From positions 1 to 28,394 of IMG/VR virus record IMGVR_UViG_3300021968_000007: a stretch of 28,394 nucleotides of DNA. One strand, 5' to 3'. Shown here in pieces: positions 22,923 through 28,394 of the stretch. Position numbers and translations under genes: made by a program. The first letter of the stretch is position 1. Every line of letters starts with the position of its first letter. This DNA is from a virus. Its lineage: Duplodnaviria > Caudoviricetes. The notes beneath the pieces are model-generated. The model was not told the origin of the DNA, searched no databases, and was given only the letters and a program-made list of their open reading frames with translations.

Positions 22923-25900
22923 TGACAAATGTTATTATCAACGATATTTTACCGTTAACCCAAGCAATAGCTACTGGTGGCCAAACAGTTTATAGCACGA
23001 ATTGGACAGCAGATGCTGCAAGCGATGTCGTTGTATATTCACGTGCTAGTAATATCCCAGCTGATGATGTTACTCAGATTTTGCCGACGAGCGCATATAC
23101 TGTAGCTTTTATTGGAGCTAGTCGTATTGTTCAAGTAACACTTCTCACACCATCCACTTTAAGTGATGTAGTAACGATTACGCGTCAAACTCCAGCTGAT
23201 AGAGTAAATATTTACAACAATACAAATTTCACTCCATCAATGCTTAATAATGACTTTGGTATTTTGACTTTAGTCGATCAACAATCTCAATTAGTTAATC
23301 AACAATTAGCTCCACGATATAATTATTCTGAGTTATTAAATCTTCCTGAAGATATTATTTTACCTGCTTTAGGAGCAAGTCAATTTTGGGCTAAAAATTC
23401 TTCTAATTCAGGCTTCGAGGCATTAGATGTTACTTCGGGTGGCGGCGGCTCAGTTACTCAAATTGATACGGGTACTGGCTTAACTGGTGGCCCTATTACA
23501 AGTTTTGGAACTATTTCTTTTGCACCGATCGCAGCCAATTCATTTTGGGCAAATAATACTGGTGGTGTAGCAGTTCCTAGTGTCATTCCATTAACCACAT
23601 TTTTAGTGGCTGCTAATAATCTTTCTGATCTGACAAATAAACCATTAGCTAGAACCAATTTAGGCGTTGCTATAGGCACAGATGTCGAAGCGTGGAGCCC
23701 TGCTTTAGATAGCATTGCTGCTTTAGTTACATCAGCTAATCAGTTATTAAGAACTACAGGATCTAATACGTATGCGACTATAGCTGCTGCTGCTAGTGCT
23801 GTATTAGTCACAAGTGCTGGTTCAGTTCCATCCTTAAGTCAAACTTTACCGACTGCGGTTCAAAGCAATATCACGCAATTGGGCGCTCAATCTCAAAATC
23901 TTGATATGAATAGTAATAAGATCGTTAATTTGACTGATCCTACAGCTCCTCAAGATGCAGCAACGCGTGCTTATGTTTTATCGCAGACTACTGGAGCATT
24001 CTTACCTCTTAGTGGTGGCACGATGTCTGGTGCTATTAATATGGGTAATAATCAGATTAATGCAATGGCTGATCCATCGTCTTCGCAAGATGCTGTCACA
24101 TTAAGTTATTTGAATACTCAGTTAGGACTTAAATTATCATTATCTGGTGGCACGATGACTGGTGCTATCAATATGGGTTCTCATTTCATTACGAATCTAC
24201 TTGATCCGGTCAATCCACAAGACGCAGCAACCAGAAATTATGTAGATTTAGTAGCAACGGGACTTACAGTACAGCCTGCTGTTTTTGCAGCTTCTACAGG
24301 TGCATTGACAGCAACGTATAATAATGGTGCATCAGGAATTGGAGCTACATTAACGAATGCTGGAGCATTTGCCGTCTTTGCATTAGATAGCACTAATCCA
24401 ACAGCTACCAATAGAGTATTAATTAAGAATCAGGCTTCAACTTTTCAAAACGGAATCTATACAGTCACGAATGTTGGAGATGCGATTTCTGTCAATTGGG
24501 TTTTAACAAGAGCGACCGATTATGATCAACCTGCTGAAATTCAACCTGGTGATTTGATCATTGTTAATAATGGTACGGTTAATGCCGGTACTTCTTTTAT
24601 TGAAACAGCATCAGTTAGTGTTATTGGTACTGATCCGATTCTCTTCAGTCAATTCACTTTTTCTGCTACTGCGGTTTTACTCAAAGCAAATAATCTTTCT
24701 GATGTCGCAAATATTACTACAGCATTCAACAATATTTCACCTTTAACAACTAAAGGTGATTTGATTGGTTTTTCCACGCAAAACATTCGTGTTGCAGTAG
24801 GTGGAACTAATACACAAGTCTTACAAGTTGATTCGTCTGCGGCTGCGGGTATTTCTTGGTCGACTGCTACTTATCCTAAAACAACGACTGTTAATCAAAT
24901 TCTTTATTCTAGTGCTACTAATACGGTTGTAGGATTAGCAACAAGCGCTGGAGCGGTATTAGTAACTGATGCTATCGGTGTCCCAAGTTTATTAGCTAAC
25001 CCTTCTGCAACAGGCAAAGTTTTACAATCAGTAAGCGGTGCAATTCCTGCATGGTCTACACCTACTTATCCAAGTGTGAGTGGAACCTCAGGAAAACATT
25101 TGGTCAGTGATGGAACCAATGTTATTTATTCAACTCCAACATTCCCAATTGTTGCTGGCGCAGCTGGAAATGTATTTATATCAGATGGAACAAATTATGT
25201 AGCCTCGACCTCTCTTTGGCCTAATACGGTTGGCACAAGCGGTAAGGTTGTTATCTCAAATGGAACGAGTAATGTTTACTCTACTCCTACTTTCCCAAAT
25301 GCATCCGCTACTACAAGAAAGATTATAGTATCAGATGGCACTAATTGGGTGGCATCAACTGAAACATATGCGGTTCCTGGTACAAGTGGTAATGTTCTAA
25401 CATCAGATGGTACGAATTGGCTTAGTTCAACGCCAGCTAGTACGGTATTATTAACTACTAAAGGTGATCTATTCGGATTTTCAACAGTTGATGCACGAGT
25501 TCCAGTTGCATCAGGAAATGGAAAAATCTTACAAGTAGATTCGACTGCTTCAGTAGGTTTGTCTTATTCAACTGCTACGTATCCGGTTACAGCTGGAACT
25601 AGCGGAAATGTATTAACTTCTGACGGTACAAATTGGGTCTCAAGTGCGCCAACAGGTGGCGGAACAGTTAATAGTTCTACACAAAATAACCTAGCATATT
25701 ACGCAGCTAATGGTACGGCAGTTAGTGGATTAGCTACGGCAAATTCAGGTTTCCTCGTTACGGATGGAAGTGGTGTACCAAGTATTAGCTCTACCGTCCC
25801 AGCATTCACAACTTCAAGTATTACATTCAGTCCTACGACTAACGGTATCGTTGGCACAACCACAAATGATAATGCTGCCGCTGGTAAAGTTGGTGAATTT

Positions 25901-26257
25901 CTTAGCACTACTAGTGGTAATACTGCCGTGTCAACAGGTACAGCTGTAAATATCAGTTCAGTATCTCTCACTGCGGGTGATTGTGCGATTAGCGTTCCAG
26001 CATCAGGCACAGTAACATCTCGATGGATTGTGGCCATTAGCACCACTAGCGCAACCATTCCAGCGAACACACCCACTTCTGCGGTGTCTGGATATTCATC
26101 TAATGCAAGCGCTGCAAATGCTGTTATTCAACAAAATACAGGGGTTTGTCGCATTTCACTAGCAAGCACAACAACTGTTTATTTAGTTGTGGTTGACACA
26201 CATTCAGTTAGTACCATGCAGGGAAATGGATGGATAGCGGCACGAAGAAGAAGATAA
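22922..26257 (+). CDS. Tail fibre protein
   Basis: N-terminal T7 gp17-like anchor (VTITRQTP...FTPSMLNNDF..LTL..QQ); Thr/Ser/Gly-rich repeats; C-terminal TTVYLV...ARR tip domain. Confidence 0.9.
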   Translation: MTNVIINDILPLTQAIATGGQTVYSTNWTADAASDVVVYSRASNIPADDVTQILPTSAYTVAFIGASRIVQVTLLTPSTLSDVVTITRQTPADRVNIYNNTNFTPSMLNNDFGILTLVDQQSQLVNQQLAPRYNYSELLNLPEDIILPALGASQFWAKNSSNSGFEALDVTSGGGGSVTQIDTGTGLTGGPITSFGTISFAPIAANSFWANNTGGVAVPSVIPLTTFLVAANNLSDLTNKPLARTNLGVAIGTDVEAWSPALDSIAALVTSANQLLRTTGSNTYATIAAAASAVLVTSAGSVPSLSQTLPTAVQSNITQLGAQSQNLDMNSNKIVNLTDPTAPQDAATRAYVLSQTTGAFLPLSGGTMSGAINMGNNQINAMADPSSSQDAVTLSYLNTQLGLKLSLSGGTMTGAINMGSHFITNLLDPVNPQDAATRNYVDLVATGLTVQPAVFAASTGALTATYNNGASGIGATLTNAGAFAVFALDSTNPTATNRVLIKNQASTFQNGIYTVTNVGDAISVNWVLTRATDYDQPAEIQPGDLIIVNNGTVNAGTSFIETASVSVIGTDPILFSQFTFSATAVLLKANNLSDVANITTAFNNISPLTTKGDLIGFSTQNIRVAVGGTNTQVLQVDSSAAAGISWSTATYPKTTTVNQILYSSATNTVVGLATSAGAVLVTDAIGVPSLLANPSATGKVLQSVSGAIPAWSTPTYPSVSGTSGKHLVSDGTNVIYSTPTFPIVAGAAGNVFISDGTNYVASTSLWPNTVGTSGKVVISNGTSNVYSTPTFPNASATTRKIIVSDGTNWVASTETYAVPGTSGNVLTSDGTNWLSSTPASTVLLTTKGDLFGFSTVDARVPVASGNGKILQVDSTASVGLSYSTATYPVTAGTSGNVLTSDGTNWVSSAPTGGGTVNSSTQNNLAYYAANGTAVSGLATANSGFLVTDGSGVPSISSTVPAFTTSSITFSPTTNGIVGTTTNDNAAAGKVGEFLSTTSGNTAVSTGTAVNISSVSLTAGDCAISVPASGTVTSRWIVAISTTSATIPANTPTSAVSGYSSNASAANAVIQQNTGVCRISLASTTTVYLVVVDTHSVSTMQGNGWIAARRRR

Positions 26258-26458
26258 TTAAGCGATAAGAACGCATTGAGCGAAGACATAAATTCGTTTG
26301 TGAGATTTCATTTCGATGAAGGACACATAATCATCATTGTATTCTACATCTCTAATAAAACCATGATATATGCGCGTTTTCCCCGAGAAACAGGAAATTT
26401 CGGATGCATGGGATAGAATCGGTATGCATAAGAGAAAACACGCTAATATCTTTTTCAT
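26258..26458 (-). CDS. Small exported protein on the opposite strand (moron-like)
   Basis: MKKILACFLLCIPILSHA-S signal peptide; GGTGA RBS; stop abuts the tail-fibre stop. Confidence 0.65.
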   Translation of the reverse strand: MKKILACFLLCIPILSHASEISCFSGKTRIYHGFIRDVEYNDDYVSFIEMKSHKRIYVFAQCVLIA

Positions 26459-26556
26459 AACTCATCACCAATAGAATTACGCGTAACTATTAAACGATGA
26501 TTCTTTCTTAAAAGCAATACGCAGTGTTAAACTATTATCAATTGGAGGGAATTACT

Positions 26557-26754
26557 ATGTATAGCCGAGATACCATTCATACAGATGGAAATTTAGATTT
26601 TATGAAAGATGAACTTAAGGGTATTGATACCATCAATCATGGTATTTATTTCAATACTCAAGAGAAAATTGATCATTATGACAAAGGTTATAAGTCCATT
26701 CCATGCGATCAACTTATTCAAATTCAAACTAACAAATATCAGGGAAACAAATAA
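26557..26754 (+). CDS. Hypothetical protein
   Basis: ATG 26557 with GGAGG RBS (preferred over GTG 26524); TAATG coupling downstream. Confidence 0.6.
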   Translation: MYSRDTIHTDGNLDFMKDELKGIDTINHGIYFNTQEKIDHYDKGYKSIPCDQLIQIQTNKYQGNK

Positions 26755-27035
26755 TGTCCGAACAATTAGAAGCGCAAGTTAAAGGTTTAAATGCTCAGTT
26801 AGATGCGACTAAACAAATGTTAAATGAATCCCTAGCTGCTCAACTTCAACTGAGATCGAGTCTGGTTATATTTCAACAAACGATTCAAGAACACATGGGC
26901 ACTATTACTAATTTAAAAAATGATATCGCTAAATTGAATGAAGAAAATGCCGCTCATTTAGCACGAATCACTGAACTCGATGCAAAGTGTAGCTTTACGG
27001 GAGAACCAAAAAATGCCATTGATAAAGTCGCCTAG
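26754..27035 (+). CDS. Coiled-coil hypothetical protein
   Basis: Heptad-like Leu periodicity over about 75 aa. Confidence 0.7.
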   Translation: MSEQLEAQVKGLNAQLDATKQMLNESLAAQLQLRSSLVIFQQTIQEHMGTITNLKNDIAKLNEENAAHLARITELDAKCSFTGEPKNAIDKVA

Positions 27036-27177
27036 TAAAGAAGCTAGACAAGAAAATATTAAAGCTGAAATTGATGCTGGTCGCCCAATTAAGCAGGCGG
27101 TGGCAATCGGATATTCAGTCCAACGTGCTGCTAGCCATGAAAGAATTGAACACGAAAAGAATAAATACGGGCGATAA
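27013..27177 (+). CDS. Small basic phage protein (DUF6496-like)
   Basis: MPLIKSPSKEARQENIKAEIDAGRPIKQAVAIGYS motif; GGGAG RBS before ATG 27013. Confidence 0.75.
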   Translation: MPLIKSPSKEARQENIKAEIDAGRPIKQAVAIGYSVQRAASHERIEHEKNKYGR

Positions 27178-27228
27178 TTTATTTATATAAGAATCCCCAG
27201 CATAAATCCTTATGACTTTCAGACGAGG

Positions 27229-28394
27229 ATGTTTAAGGCGCTTATGCTGGGAAAAAACATTTGCGCTGTTATTCATCGGCGCGCTGGTAAAGATATATTC
27301 TGCTTAGAAGCGTGGAATCTTAGAGGGTTACAAAGAATAGGAACCCACGTTTATTTATTCCCTCTCTACTCTCAAGCAAGAAACGTAATTTGGAAGGGTA
27401 TGGATTACGATGGTAAGCCTTTTCTGTCTGCTATTCCTGACGCTCTTATCGATAAAAAAAATGAAGCTAGAATGGAAATTACTATGTTTAATGGTTCTCG
27501 TCTCATTCTTGCTGGTTCTAATTCTTATGATTCATTAATGGGAACAAACCCCGTAACAATTATTTATTCTGAATTTGCTTTGCATAATCCATTAGCTCGG
27601 CAATATCTCAATCCTATTCTTTTACAGAATAAGGGAGTCGAGATCATCAATTCAACTCCTCGAGGAATGAATCATTTATATGATGTCTATAACGTTGTTA
27701 AAGATAATCCAAAATATCATTGTGAACATTTATCTATAGAGCAAACTCAAAAGCATGATGGTTCTAGAATCTTTACTGAAGAAGATTTACGCCAAGCTAA
27801 AGCTATGGGTATGTCTGAGGAAATGATACGTCAGGAATTGTATTGCGATTTCGAAGTAGGAAACCTAGGCGCATATTATACCCGTGAAATGGGTGATATG
27901 GAACGCGAAGGACGCATCATGACGCTTCGCGCTGATACATCACTACCTTTGCATTCTGTATGGGATTTAGGTGGCACAGATGCAACCGCAGGTCTTCTAT
28001 TTCAGGTTGTTGGTCGATACATACATGTGCTTCATGTGTTGCATGATACAGGGCGTGGACTTCGATATTATCTCGATCAAGCAGAACAAATACGGCAATC
28101 TGTTATGTGTGTCTGGGGTCAACATTGGATGCCGCATGACGTAAATCAACAACATCAAGGTTGGGAGCATACCGAATCACGAATTATGCAAGCTCGCAAA
28201 CACGGGTGGCATTTACAAGTTGTTCCTAAAGTAAATTTCGAAGATGGTATCGAAGCTGTGCGCTACATGCTACCACGCACACGTATATGCAATCTTAACG
28301 CCTCGATAGGAATAAGGGCGTTGAGAGAGTACCAGCGATCCTACGACGAGGAAAGGGCTGCTTTCTCCAAGAAGCCACTCGACAACTGGGCAGT
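27229..28394 (+). CDS. terL: Terminase large subunit (3' truncated; frame is open from 27178, start uncertain)
   Basis: Not in ORF track. Walker A-region IHRRAGKD, Walker B IIYSEFA, NSTPRGMNH, RQELYCDF, WDLGGTDATA, MPHD. Confidence 0.95.
   Translation, partial: MFKALMLGKNICAVIHRRAGKDIFCLEAWNLRGLQRIGTHVYLFPLYSQARNVIWKGMDYDGKPFLSAIPDALIDKKNEARMEITMFNGSRLILAGSNSYDSLMGTNPVTIIYSEFALHNPLARQYLNPILLQNKGVEIINSTPRGMNHLYDVYNVVKDNPKYHCEHLSIEQTQKHDGSRIFTEEDLRQAKAMGMSEEMIRQELYCDFEVGNLGAYYTREMGDMEREGRIMTLRADTSLPLHSVWDLGGTDATAGLLFQVVGRYIHVLHVLHDTGRGLRYYLDQAEQIRQSVMCVWGQHWMPHDVNQQHQGWEHTESRIMQARKHGWHLQVVPKVNFEDGIEAVRYMLPRTRICNLNASIGIRALREYQRSYDEERAAFSKKPLDNWA
28319..28394 (+). repeat. Exact 76-bp inverted repeat of 6294..6369
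   Basis: Base-for-base reverse complement of 6294-6369. Confidence 0.97.

Noticed and set aside
25960-26000. Possible short in-frame deletion in the fibre tip (SLTAGDCAIS, where similar domains often read SLTAGDWDV)
   Set aside because: Based on recollection of homologues only; cannot be supported without an alignment
7484-26076. Nested ORFs in structural genes (7484, 7933, 10330, 15639, 21516, 23458, 24561, 25699, 25764)
   Set aside because: Shadow ORFs of long genes, with no recognisable motifs; none has a lipobox suggesting an embedded spanin

Overview
The window is most of an AT-rich tailed phage genome with a podovirus-type virion. Left part (1-6369): a truncated collagen-like gene; a DnaA-box-rich intergenic region; a lambdoid-style replication cassette (HTH initiator with internal iterons, then RusA); and a tightly packed leftward operon of about 17 small genes behind a near-consensus sigma70 promoter, including a phage csrA and an unannotated 84-nt CCA-ending tRNA-like cloverleaf. 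Right part (6370-28394): lysozyme-fold endolysin candidate, small terminase, T7-like head-tail connector, scaffold, major capsid, tail tubes A/B, three internal virion proteins, a long tail fibre, and a large terminase running off the end. The last 76 nt of the window (inside terL) are an exact inverted copy of 6294-6369, and that left copy continues in frame to the terL stop codon. The ~22 kb virion module is therefore either flanked by inverted repeats (invertible or ITR genome) or joined by a chimeric assembly junction at 6369/6370. Product calls rest on motif recognition and gene order, not database searches.
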